64,000 nucleotides of DNA from Octopus sinensis (GCF_006345805.1 NW_021834224.1:1-64000); one strand, 5' to 3'. Shown: positions 51,001 through 63,376, counted from the first letter of the stretch. The notes: generated from the letters alone by a model not told the origin. A program made the numbers and translations.

Positions 51001-54000
51001 AAAGCTACGAGATAAAGCATGATTGATGGAGAACAATGATCATACATAAGCCATGGCATTTGACAGAATAATCTGAATGCTAAAGGGTCAATGTTTAAAG
51101 AAGCCAGATCCAGCCTCTCCTACCTGTCCTACAATGTCATTCTAAGAATAAACATCACATCATTGATAATCTCAAAGCTACGAGATAAAACATGATTGAT
51201 GGAGAACAATGATCATACATAAGCCATGGCATTTGACAGAATAGTCTGGATGCTAAAGGGTTAATGTTTAAAGAAGCAAGATCCAGCCTCTCGTACCTGT
51301 CCTACAATGTCATTCTAAAAATAAACAATCACATCATTGATAATCTCAAAGCTACGAGATAAAACATGATTGATGGAGAACAATGATCATACATAAGCCA
51401 TGGCATTTGACAGAATAATCTGGATGCTAACGGGTTAATGTTTAAAGAAGCCAGATCCAGCCTCTCGTACCTGTCCTACAATGTCATTCTAAGAAAATAA
51501 CAATCACATCATTGATAATCTGAAAGCTACGAGATAAAACGTGATTGATGGAGAACAATGATCATACATAAGCCATGGCATTTGACAGAATAGTCTGAAT
51601 GCTAAAGGGTTAATGTTTAAAGAAGCCAGATCCAGCCTCTCGTACCTGTCCTACAATGTCAATCTAAGAATAAACAATCACATCATTGATAATCTCAAAG
51701 CTATGAGATAAAACATGATTGATGGAGAACAATGATCATACATAAGCCATGGCATTTGACAGAATAGTCTGAATGCTAAAGGGTTAATGTTTAAAGAAGC
51801 CAGATCCAGCCTCTCGTACCTGTCCTACAATGTCAATCTAAGAATAAACAATCACATCATTGATAATCTCAAAGCTATGAGATAAAACATGATTGATGGA
51901 GAACAATGATCATACATAAGCCATGGCATTTGACAGAATAGTCTGAATGCTAAAGGGTTAATGTTTAAAGAAGCCAGATCCAGCCTCTCGTACCTGTCCT
52001 ACAATGTCAATCAAAGAATAAACAATCACATCATTGATAATCTCAAAGCTACGAGATAAAACATGATTGATAGAGAATAATGATCATACATAAGCCATGG
52101 CATTTGACAGAATAATCTGAATGCTAAAGGGTTAATGTTTAAAGAAGCCAGATCCAGCCTCTCCTACCTGTCCTACAATGTCAATCTAAGAATAAAAAAT
52201 CACATCATTGATAATCTCAAAGCTACGAGATAAAACATGATTGATGGAGAACAATGATCATACATAAGCCATGGCATTTGACAGAATAATCTGAATGCTA
52301 AAGGGTTAATGTTTAAAGAAGCCAGATCCAGCCTCTCCTAGCTGTCCTACAATGTCAATCTAAGAATAAACAATCACATCATTGATAATCTCAAAGCTAC
52401 GAGATAAAACATGATTGATGGAGAACAATGATCATACATAAGCCATGGCATTTGACAGAATAATCTGAATGCTAAAGGGTTAATGTTTAAAGAAGCCAGA
52501 TCCAGCCTCTCCTACCTGTCCTACAATGTCAATCTAAGAATAAACAATCACATCATTGATAATCTCAAAGCTACGAGATAAAGCATGATTGATGGAGAAC
52601 AATGATCATACATAAGCCATGGCATTTGACAGAATAATCTGGATGCTAAAGGGTTAATGTTTAAAGAAGCCAGATCCAGCCTCTCGTACCTGTCCTACAA
52701 TGTCATTCTAAGAATAAACAATCACATCATTGATAATCTGAAAGCTACGAGATAAAACATGATTGATGGAGAACAATGATCATACATAAGCCATGGCATT
52801 TGACAGAATAGTCTGAATGCTAAAGGGTTAATGTTTAAAGAAGCCAGATCCAGCCTCTCGTACCTGTCCTACAATGTCAATCTAAGAATAAACAATCACA
52901 TCATTGATAATCTCAAAGCTATGAGATAAAACATGATTGATGGAGAACAATGATCATACATAAGCCATGGCATTTGACAGAATAGTCTGAATGCTAAAGG
53001 GTTAATGTTTAAAGAAGCCAGATCCAGCCTCTCGTACCTGTCCTACAATGTCAATCTAAGAATAAACAATCACATCATTGATAATCTCAAAGCTACGAGA
53101 TAAAACATGATTGATGGAGAACAATGATCATACATAAGCCATGGCATTTGACAGAATAATATGAATGCTAAAGGGTTAATGTTTAAAGAAGCCAGATCCA
53201 GCCTCTCCTACCTGTCCTACAATGTCAATCTAAGAATAAACAATCACATCATGATAATCTCAAAGCTACGAGATAAAACTGATTGATGGATGAGATAAAT
53301 GATACATGAATTGAGCCTGATTTACAATAATGCTAATTTTAATGTTTAAAGAAGCCAGATCCTGCCTTTCCTACCTGTCCTACAATGTCAATCTAAGAAT
53401 AAACAATCACATCATTGATAATCTCAAAGCTACGAGATAAAACATGATTGATGGAGAACAATGATCATACATAAGCCATGGCATTTGACAGAATAGTCTG
53501 AATGCTAAAGGGTTAATGTTTAAAGAAGCCAGATCCAGCCTCTCGTACCGGTCCTACAATGTCAATCTAAGAATAAACAATCACATCATTGATAATCTCA
53601 AAGCTACGAGATAAAACATGATTGATGGAGAACAATGATCATACATAAGCCATGGCATTTGACAGAATAGTCTGAATGCTAAAGGGTTAATGTTTAAAGA
53701 AGCCAGATCCAGCCTCTCGTACCTGTCCTACAATGTCAATCTAAGAATAAACAATCACATCATTGATAATCTCAAAGCTATGAGATAAAACATGATTGAT
53801 GGAGAACAATGATCATACATAAGCCATGGCATTTGACAGAATAGTCTGAATGCTAAAGGGTTAATGTTTAAAGAAGCCAGATCCAGCCCCTCCTACCTGT
53901 CCTACAATGTCAATCTAAGAATAAACAATCACATCATTGATAATCTCAAGCAACGAGATAAAACATGATTGATGGAGAACAATGATCATACATAAGCCAT

Positions 54001-56415
54001 GGCATTTGACAGAGTAATCTGGATGCTAAAGGGTTATGTTTAAAGAAGCCAGATCCAGCCTCTCGTACCGGTCCTACAATGTCAATCTAAGAATAAACAA
54101 TCACATCATTGATAATCTCAAAGCTACGAGATAAAACATGATTGATGGAGAACAATGATCATACATAAGCCATGGCATTTGACAGAATAGTCTGAATGCT
54201 AAAGGGTTAATGTTTAAAGAAGCCAGATCCAGCCTCTCGTACCTGTCCTACAATGTCAATCTAAGAAAAAACAATCACATCATTGATAATCTCAAAGCTA
54301 CAAGATAAAACATGATTGATGGAGAACAATGATCATACATAAGCCATGGCATTTGACAGAATAATCTGGATGCTAAAGGGTTAATGTTTAAAGAAGCCAG
54401 ATCCAGCATCTCTCTACCTGTCCTACAATGTCAATCTAAGAATAAACAATCACATCATTGATAATCTCAAAGCTATGAGATAAAACATGATTGATAGAGA
54501 ACAATGATCATACATAAGCCATGGCATTTGACAGAATAATCTGAATGCTAAAGGGTTAATGTTTAAAGAAGCCAGATCCAGCCTCTCGTACCTGTCCTAC
54601 AATGTCAATCTAAGAATAAACAATCACATCATTGATAATCTCAAAGCTACGAGATAAAACATGATTGATGGAGAACAATGATCATACATAAGCCATGGCA
54701 TTTGACAGAATAGTCTGAATGCTAAAGGGTTAATGTTTAAAGAAGCCAGATCCAGCCTCTCCTACCTGTCCTACAATGTCAATCTAAGAATAAACAATCA
54801 CATCATTGGTAATCTCAAAGCTACGAGATAAAACATGATTGATGGAGAACAATGATCATACATAAGCCATGGCATTTGACAGAATAATCTGGATGCTAAA
54901 GGGTCAATGTTTAAAGAAGCCAGATCCAGCCTCTCGTACCTGTCCTACAATGTCAATCTAAGAATAAACAATCACATCATTGATAATCTCAAAGCTACGA
55001 GATAAAACATGATTGATGGAGAACAATGATCATACATAAGCTATGGCATTTGACAGAATAATCTGGATGCTAAAAGGTCAATGTTTAAAGAAGCCAGATC
55101 CAGCCTCTCGTGCCTGTCCTACAATGTCAATCTAAGAATAAACAATCACATCATTGATAATCTCAAAGCTACGAGATAAAACATGATTGATGGAGAACAA
55201 TGATCATACATAAGCCATGGCATTTGACAGAATAGTCTGAATGCTAAAGGGTTAATGTTTAAAGAAGCCAGATCCAGCTTCTCCTACCTGTCCTACAATG
55301 TCAATCTAAGAATAAACAATCACATCATTGATAATCTCAAAGCTACGAGATAAAACATGATTGATGGAGAACAATGATCATACATAAGCCATGGCATTTG
55401 ACAGAATAATCTGAATGCTAAAGGGTCAATGTTTAAAGAAGCCAGATCCAGCCTCTCGTACCTGTCCTACAATGTCAATCTAAGAATAAACAATCACATC
55501 ATTGATAATCTCAAAGCTACGAGATAAAACATGATTGATGGAGAACAATGATCATACATAAGCCATGGCATTTGACAGAATAATCTGGATGCTAAAGGGT
55601 CAATGTTTAAAGAAGCCAGATCCAGCCTCTCGTACCTGTCCTACAATGTCAATCTAAGTATAAACAATCACATCATTGATAATCTCAAAGCTACGAGATA
55701 AAACATGATTGATGGAGAACAATGATCATACATAAGCCATGGCATTTGACAGAATAGTCTGAATGCTAAAGGGTTAATGTTTAAAGAAGCCAGATCCAGC
55801 CTCTCGTACCTGTCCTACAATGTCATTCTAAGAATAAACAATCACATCATTGATAATCTCAAAGCTACGAGATAAAACATGATTGATAGAGAACAATGAT
55901 CATACATAAGCCATGGCATTTGACAGAATAGTCTGGATGCTAAAGGGTTAATGTTTAAAGAAGCCAGATCCAGCCTCTCGTGCCTGTCCTACAATGTCAT
56001 TCTAAGAATAAACAATCACATCATTGATAATCTCAAAGCTACGAGATAAAACATGATTGATGGAGAACAATGATCATACATGAGCTATGGCATTTGACAG
56101 AATAGTCTGAATGCTAAAGGGTTAATGTTTAAAGAAGCCAGATCCTGCCTATCGTGCCTGTCCTACAATGTCATTCTAAGAATAAGCAACCACATTATCA
56201 AAACCTTGAACCTACACAATAATGCATGATCAATTCAAAACATCGTGAATAAATCAGGGTTACATTTGACAGAATAATATGAATGAGAAAGGCCCAAATA
56301 TTCTACTTGTTTTATGATCAAACTGGCCAGGTCTGGCCTCTCGCACCTACCCTACAATGTCATTCTAAAAATAAGCAACCACATCATCAAAACCTTGAAG
56401 CTACAAGATAATACA
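36100..56415 (-). repeat. ~20 kb satellite, 174-bp monomer, ~115 copies, derived from a piggyBac-type MITE-A end
   Basis: ATGGCATTTG at 36291, 36465 and 36639 (period 174); each monomer ends TGAATGCTAAAGGG TTAA. The first unit (36100-36325) is a whole degenerate MITE after TTAA at 36096; diverged MITE-like units lie at 56126-56415. Confidence 0.95.
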
Positions 56416-56459
56416 TGATTATTTTTCAAGGACAAGATCTAAATGTTGGATGACAGACT

Positions 56460-56666
56460 CTTTTACTCTTTTACTTGTTTCAGTCATTTGACTGTGGCCA
56501 TGCTGGAGCACCACCTTTAGTTGAGCAAATTGACCCCAGGACTTATTCTTTGTAAGCCTAGTACTTATTCTATTGGTATGTTTTGCCAAACTGCTAAGTT
56601 ACAGGGACGTAAACACACTGACATCGGTTGTCAAGCAATGCTAGGGGGACAAACACAGACACACAA

Positions 56667-56697
<31 letters not shown>

Positions 56698-56869
56698 CAT
56701 ATATACGACAGGCTTCTTTCAGTTTCTGTCTACCAAATCCACTCACAAGGCATTGGTCGGCCCGGAGCTATAGCAGAAGACACTTGCCCAAGATGCCACG
56801 CAGTGGGATGGACTGAACCCACAACCATGTGGTTGTTAGCAAGCTACTTACCACACAGCCACTCTCGCC

Positions 56870-56901
<32 letters not shown>

Positions 56902-57250
56902 TACGACAGGCTTCTTTCAGTTTCCGTCTACCAAATCCACTCACATGGCATTGGTCGGCTCGAGGCTATAGCAGAAGACACTTGCCCAAGATGCCACGCA
57001 GTGGGACTGAACCCGGAACCATGTGGTTGGTTAGCAAGCTACTTACCACACAGCCACTCCTGCGCCTATATATATATATATACATATATACGACAGGCTT
57101 CTTTCAGTTTCCGTCTACCAAATCCACTCACAAGGCATTTGGCGGGCCCGGGGCTATAGCAGAAGACACTTGCCCAAGATGCCACGCAGTGGGACTGAAC
57201 CCGAAACCATGTGGTCGGTTAGCAAGCTACTTACCACACAGCCACTCCTG
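56460..57250 (-). mobile_element. SINE-A with three tandem heads separated by (TA)n
   Basis: Heads at about 56703-56870, 56902-57066 and 57090-57250. Confidence 0.85.
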
Positions 57251-58305
57251 GATGTGTTATTAGAATGAAAGATGAGCGTTTGCCAAAGCGTCTTTTTTTT
57301 AAGGTGAGCTCAACTCTGGTAAGTGACCACGACATAAGACGAGGAAAAGGTATAAAGACTGTGTGAAGGAGAACCTGAAGAAACTAGATATAGAAAAAAT
57401 GGTGATTGGGAAAATGATGCTATGGATCGGAACAAGTGGAGAGGTGCTGTTAGGACTGGTTGTAATACCTGAGATGAAAAGATAATTAAGAACTCTGAAC
57501 TTAAAAGAGCCTGTCACAAAGGATCAATTGGCACTGTAATCAACAGTGAACATTGGGTATGTATTGTATGTGACCATGTTCTGTTGTCAAAAGCAGGATA
57601 CGTGAATGTTCCTTCTCAAGCCATGCCTGGCTCATAAGGGCCGGTTTCCCGGTTTCCTTGGCGTATAGGTTCCCTGCCTGGATGGGACGCCGGTCTGTCA
57701 AACGTGAATGTTCCTTCTCAAGCCATGCCTGGCTCATAAGGGCCGGTTTCCCGGTTTCCTTGGCATATAGGGTCCCTGCCTGGACGGGACGCTGGTCCGT
57801 CGCAGGTGAGCTGCAAGATGCAGGAGGAAAGAGTGAGAGAAAGTTGTGGCAAAAGAGTCAGCAGAAGTTCGCCATTACCTTCTGCCGGAGACACATGGAG
57901 CTTAGATATTTTCGCTCATAAACACACACATCCCCCGGTCTGATATTCGAACCCGCGATCCCTCGGCCGCGAGTCCGCTGCTCTAAACACTAGGCCATGT
58001 GCCTCCACAAGGATACGTGAATCATATGAAGTCACATGAAAATCAAAATGCCCATGTTGCGAATGATCTTGGACACCAACCACCTGATACGACTAGTGTC
58101 ATATGTCAAAAAATTGGTAAGACAATATCTGGACTTAAAGGACATGCTGGTTCACAAAAACATTCCTTTAGAATCAGATTCCAAAGGGCAAAGATACAGA
58201 AGAAACCTGAATAATATCTGTCACTTGTGTTTTAAACCCTGTCAGTCAGAAGCTGGCCTTGGACGTCATCTGAGGGTTCATCAACGGAGGGAATATGCTG
58301 TGTGA
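57249..58305 (+). mobile_element. Decayed RTE (BovB-like) LINE C-terminal region with C2H2 fingers, split by a SINE
   Basis: GCVIRMKDERLPKRLFF.GELNSGK...RKRYKDCVKENLK; fingers CIVCDHVLLSKAGYVN|HMKSH and CHLCFKPCQSEAGLGRHLRVH, plus a degenerate one between them. Confidence 0.8.
57608..58009 (-). mobile_element. tRNA-derived SINE (SINE-D-like head, different tail) with a doubled tail and a 13-bp TSD
   Basis: TSD AGGATACGTGAAT at 57595-607 and 58010-022; head GGCCTAGTGTTTAGAGCAGCGGACTCGCGGCCGAGGGATCGCGGGTTCGAAT. Confidence 0.85.
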
Positions 58306-58387
58306 TGGATGGGGTTTGGTGTGTGTGTTGATGGGACGGCTATCATCTCTCAAGATGAAGCAATCATCTTCATCATATATGTATGTG

Positions 58388-59120
58388 TAGGCGTAGGAGT
58401 GACTGTGTGGTAAGTAGCTTGCTTAACAACCACATGGTTCTGGGTTCAGTCCCACTGCGTGGCACCCCGCAGGAGTGACTGTGTGGTAAGTAGCTTGTTT
58501 ACCAACCACATGGTTCCAGGTTCAGTCCCACTGCGTGGCACCTTGGGCAAGTGTCTTCTACTATAGCCTCGGGCCGACCAAAGCCTTGTGAGTGGATTTG
58601 GTAGACGGAAACTGAAAGAAGCCTGTTGTATATATGTATATATATATGCGTGTGTGTGTTTGTGCGTCTGTGTTTGTCCCCCTAGCATTGCTTGACAACC
58701 TATGCTGGTATGTTTACGTCGCCGTAACTTAGCGGTTCGGCAAAAGAGACCGATAGAATAAGTACTGGGCTTACAAAAGAATAAGTCCCGGGGTCGAGTT
58801 GCTCGATTAAAGGCGGTGCTCCAGCATGGCCGCAGTCAAATGACTGAAACAAGTAAAAGAGTATATATGTATATATATATATAAATATATATGTGTGTGT
58901 ATATGTTTGTGTGTATGTGTTTGTCCCCCCCCCCCAAACATCGCTTGACAACCGATGCTGGTGTGTTTACGTCCCCGTAACTTAGCGGTTCGGCAAAAAG
59001 GGAGAACGATAAAATAAGTACTAGGCTTACAAAGAATAAGTCCTGGGGTCGATTTGGTTGACTAAAGGCAGTGCTCCAGCATGGCCACAGTCAAATGACT
59101 GAAACAAGTAAAGAGAGTAA
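58388..59120 (+). mobile_element. SINE-A with a partly duplicated head (58388-58862) and an extra body/tail (58900-59120)
   Basis: Both heads share the private variant GAGTGACTGTG. Confidence 0.8.
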
Positions 59121-59697
59121 AAAGCGAGTATGTACGTATGTATGGTGCTGTCAACATCAGACGTGCCATGAGGACCCTTCAAAATATGTTTTTGAATGTT
59201 TTCTTCTACATTTATGTCCAACTCCTCACCCCTAAATCAGTAACTGGTTTATTTCTCTTGTTATCAATAAGTAAAACACCCTTTACTTAACAGCATATCG
59301 TTATTCAGATCGGTGTTTTAAAAACATATATGTTCTATCCCGTAAAATTTCGCTGACACTATCCTGACATCTTCGTACGAAATTACCTTCGAAACACGCA
59401 ATGAGTCGAACCAGGGACAACTGAAGAAGGGGAATATTCCTTGTATTGTTTGTCTTGTACTCTGTTTTTTCGTTGTTAAAATAAGTCCGTTTCCTTGTTT
59501 GATTTATGTTTTCGTTTCTCGTTGTGTTCTACGTTTATTTGTGGTGTCCTGTACTCATATATGCATGTATATATATGCATGTATATATATATATATATAT
59601 ATATAAAGTTAATCCTAACAAGAAAGCACAAAAAAACACAACAACACGAGGACGTGGAACAAATATAGTATTATTGGATGCTCAGGAAAGAAGGAGG

Positions 59698-59732
59698 GTT
59701 TAACGTTTCGAGCGGAGCTCTTCGTCGGAAAC
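59698..59732 (-). ncRNA. Minimal hammerhead-like motif, core CCGACGA
   Basis: GTTT-CCGACGA-A-GAGC-TCC-GCTC-GAAAC-GTT-AAAC. Confidence 0.6.
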
Positions 59733-59786
59733 ATAGGAGTAGGAAAGATCCAGAGAAGAGAAGAAAGAGGTATATATACGGTATAT

Positions 59787-59821
<35 letters not shown>

Positions 59822-59918
59822 ACGGGAAGCTTTATGAAAATAAACAAAAGACGAAGGCAGGTGGAATACAAACAAACAATTGTATTAGTATGGCGCTCAG
59901 GAATATAAATAAAACAAG

Positions 59919-59956
59919 TCTTTTACGTTTCGAGCATATGCTCTTCAACAGAAAGA
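59919..59956 (-). ncRNA. Minimal hammerhead-like motif, core CUGUUGA
   Basis: TCTTT-CTGTTGA-A-GAGC-ATAT-GCTC-GAAAC-GTA-AAAGA. Confidence 0.55.
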
Positions 59957-60042
59957 TACACAGAAAAGAAACACAGAAAGAAACAAGGAGAGAAAAAAAT
60001 GCATGCAGAGGCTAGCGAATCAACATGGCGATATATATATAT

Positions 60043-60470
60043 ATATTTAGTGAAGGGAAGAAATGGAGCTGAACGAAGATTCTACAGAATTCCTTTTATT
60101 ATTTTCTACACATGTTTCAAAGGCCGCAAATTTCCAAATTCGGATTGAATAAGGAGACCATTTTGCGGTTTTCTCTTCAGGAAAATCCAGGAATTTAAAA
60201 ATCCAAAACAAATGCGCAGCAAGGTATTCGAACAAAACGCACCTTAGGAGCCCATGAAATGGCACAAAACTGTCTCTCTGTTCGAATACCTTGCTGCGCA
60301 TTTGTTTTGGAGATTTAAATTCCTGGATTTTCCTGAAGAGAAAGCCGCAAAATGGTCTCCTTATTCAATCCGAATTTGGAAATTTGCGGCCTTTGAAACA
60401 TGTGTAGAAAATAATAAAAGGAATTCTGTAGAATCTTCGTTCAGCTCCATTTCTTCCCTTCACTAAATAT
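60043..60470. mobile_element. Foldback element: ~192-bp inverted arms with a 44-bp spacer, in TA context
   Basis: Arms 60043-60234 and 60279-60470 are reverse complements with ~3 mismatches. Confidence 0.85.
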
Positions 60471-60630
60471 ATTAAACTTCAATTATCCGCGCTAAGGCAC
60501 GGTTGCGACACCGCAAGGTCGTAACTTCAACCGTGTTTTCTCTGTTGTGATTTTTGCTACCCAGGTATCGGTTAAATTTTGAATAATCCTTAACAAGATA
60601 ATTCATTTATCCATTTCAATAAATAAATAA

Positions 60631-60683
<53 letters not shown>

Positions 60684-61184
60684 CATGTATATATACGTAT
60701 AGATAGGTATGTACATATATTTATGTATGTATGCAGATGTTTACTTTTGTTAAATTGTTATTACATACGTACATACTTACATACACACGTTTGTATAGAA
60801 ATATAATTTGTAAACCAATTAATTAATCAGCTAATTAATCTTGACTTAAAATTAGTTTAACAGATTTTAATCCAAGTGGTGTAATTAAGTTGAAATAGCA
60901 GACAATTTAAGATAGTGTTTCAGTCAGTGTAAAACAACAGTAACGTTAATAAGGATTAAGGGAACGAGGTAGCTGAGTCGTTAGCATGCCAAGCAAATTG
61001 CTTAGCGGTGTTTCGTACAACGGTAATTTCGTATTTTATGTTCGTCAAATAGAATCTGTTCTGGACCACATTGAAAACACTGCATGCAATCAAACTTCAC
61101 TGGGTGAAACAGACACACACACACACATGCATATTTTTGCTCTTCTTCTTATTTCATTCGTTTAGTTAGTTAGTAGTTAGTTAA

Positions 61185-61370
61185 TTTTTTGGCTCGAAAA
61201 GCAAAAAAGCAAGGCCATGTAGGGGGACATGGAGTTATGTACAGGGAGGGTGTTCATGTAAAGAGTTCAGGCCACTTGTGGTCAAGGGAGACTTTGAACC
61301 GAGCGGTCGTCAGCATCTTCACTATCTCGTCCGGCAGCTTATTCCACGGATCCGCAACCCATTGGCACGT
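61185..61370 (-). mobile_element. 3' end of a second CR1-clade LINE, abutted by a SINE-D tail (+, 61362-61440)
   Basis: VADPWNKLPDEIVKMLTTARFKVSLDHKWPELFT*, then a UTR ending in (TAAC)n. Confidence 0.75.
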
Positions 61371-61725
61371 CAATTTCACGAGCAGGCTGTTCCATCGATC
61401 AGACGGACTGGGACACTCATCATCGTAACCGACGGAGAGCCAGGCGTGCATGCATGTTTCAAGTTGTAGGCTGCAGTTTTGCACCTAGGTCGCGGAAAAT
61501 TTGCATCTGAGTAAATATTTTCAAAGAGAATGTCGTAAGCTACGTGACCCTTTTTCTGATATCTTCCAGAACAAAAAAAGAAGAAAAAAAAAAGGAGTCC
61601 CTTGGATGCAAACATTCTGAGAGAAACAGCATCCTCATCTAAAAAAAACACACAACAAAAACATAAAAATAAAAAAGAAAGCTCTCAGCATCGTTTTCAA
61701 GCAATTTATTATAAATTATACGCAT

Positions 61726-63080
61726 AGGCGTAAAAGTGGCTGCGTGGTAAGTAGCTTGCCGACGAACCACATGGTTCCGGGTTCAGTCCCACTGTGTGGC
61801 ACCTTGGGCAAGTGTCTTCTACTATAACCACGGGCCGACCAAAGCCTTGCGAGTGGATTTCGTAGACGGAAACTGAAGGAAGCCCGTCGTGAGTGGCTGT
61901 GTGGTAAGTAGCTTGCTTACCAGCCACATGGTTCCGGGTTCAGTCCTACTGTGTGGCACCTTGGGCAAGTGTCTTCTACTATAACCACGGGCCGACCAAA
62001 GCCTTGCGAGTGGATTTCGTAGACGGAAACTGAAGGAAGCCCGTCGTGAGTGGCTGTGTGGTAAGTAGCTTGCTTACCAGCCACATGGTTCCGGGTTCAG
62101 TCCCACTGTGTGGCACCTTGGGCAAGTGTCTTCTACTATAACCACGGGCCGACCAAAGCCTTGCGAGTGGATTTCGTAGACGGAAACTGAAGGAAGCCCG
62201 TCGTGAGTGGCTGTGTGGTAAGTTTTTGCTTACCAGCCACATGGTTCCGGGTTCAGTCCTACTGTGTGGCACCTTGGGCAAATGTCTTTTACTATAGCCT
62301 CGGGCCGACCAAAGCCTTGCGAGTGGATTTCGTAGACGGAAACTGAAGGAAGCCCGTCGTGAGTGGCTGTGTGGTAAGTAGCTTGCTTACCAGCCACATG
62401 GTTCCGGGTTCAGTCCCACTGCGTGGCATCTTGGGCAAATGTCTTTTACTATAGCCTCGGGCCGACCAAAGCCTTGCGAGTGGATTTCGTAGACGGAAAC
62501 TGAAGGAAGCCCGTCGTGAGTGGCTGTGTGGTAAGTTTTTGCTTACCAGCCACATGGTTCCGGGTTCAGTCCCACTGTGTGGCACCTTGGGCAAGTGTCT
62601 TCTACTATATCCTCGGGCCGACCAAAGCCTTGCGAGTGGATTTGGTAGACGGAAACTGAAAGAAGCCCGTCGTGAGTGAGTGGCTGTGTGGTTCTGGTTC
62701 AGTCCCACTGCATGGCACCTTGGGCAAGTGTCCTCTACTATAGCCTCGGGCTGACCAAAGCCTTGCGAGTGGATTTGGTAGACGGAAACTGAAAGAAGCC
62801 CGTCGTGAGTGGCTGTGTGGTTCTGGGTTCAGTTCCACTGCATGGTACCGTGGGCAAGTGCCTTCTGTCAAAGCCTTGGGCTGACCAAAGCCTTGTGAGT
62901 GGATTTGGTAGACGGAAACTGAAAGAAGCCCGTCGTATATATGTATATGTATATATATGTGTTTGTGTGCGTCTGTGTTTGCCACCCCGCCAACATCGCT
63001 TGACAACTGATGCTGGTGTGTTTACGTCCTTGTAACCTAGCGGTTTGGCAAAAGAGACCAATAGAATAAGTACTAAGCTT
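61726..63080 (+). repeat. Tandem array of ~8 SINE-A heads (157-bp unit) ending in one SINE body
   Basis: GAGTGGCTGTGTGG at 61891, 62048, 62205, 62361, 62518, 62678 and 62807. Confidence 0.9.
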
Positions 63081-63084
63081 CCAA

Positions 63085-63376
63085 AGAACGAGTTCAAATT
63101 TCGTCGAGGTCGACTTTGCCTTTCATCCTTTCGGGGTCGATAAATTAAGTACCAGTTACGCACTGGAGTCGATGTAATCGACTTAATCCGTTTGTCTGTC
63201 CTTGTTTGTCCCCTCAGTGTATAGCCCCCTTGTGGGCAGTAAAGAAATGGGTATTTCCTCTGTCTCTTTAAAAGGCGGCGAGCTGGCAGAAACGTTAGCA
63301 CGCCGGGCGAACACACGAACACCGGTTGTCAAACAACTGTGGGATGACAAGCACAGACACAAATACGCACACACAC

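Noticed and set aside
36330-56125. Satellite as CRISPR array, coding repeat or ribozyme array
   Set aside because: Contiguous monomers without spacers, no ORF of 60 aa or more in the supplied track, no CUGANGA/GAAA pair on either strand.
59385-59455. GAAAC...GTC...CTGAAGA as a permuted hammerhead (also CTGAAGA...CGAA at ~29790-29830, minus strand)
   Set aside because: Stems I and III cannot be formed convincingly.
60495-60540. GC hairpin as a Helitron 3' end
   Set aside because: No CTRR terminus at the expected distance.
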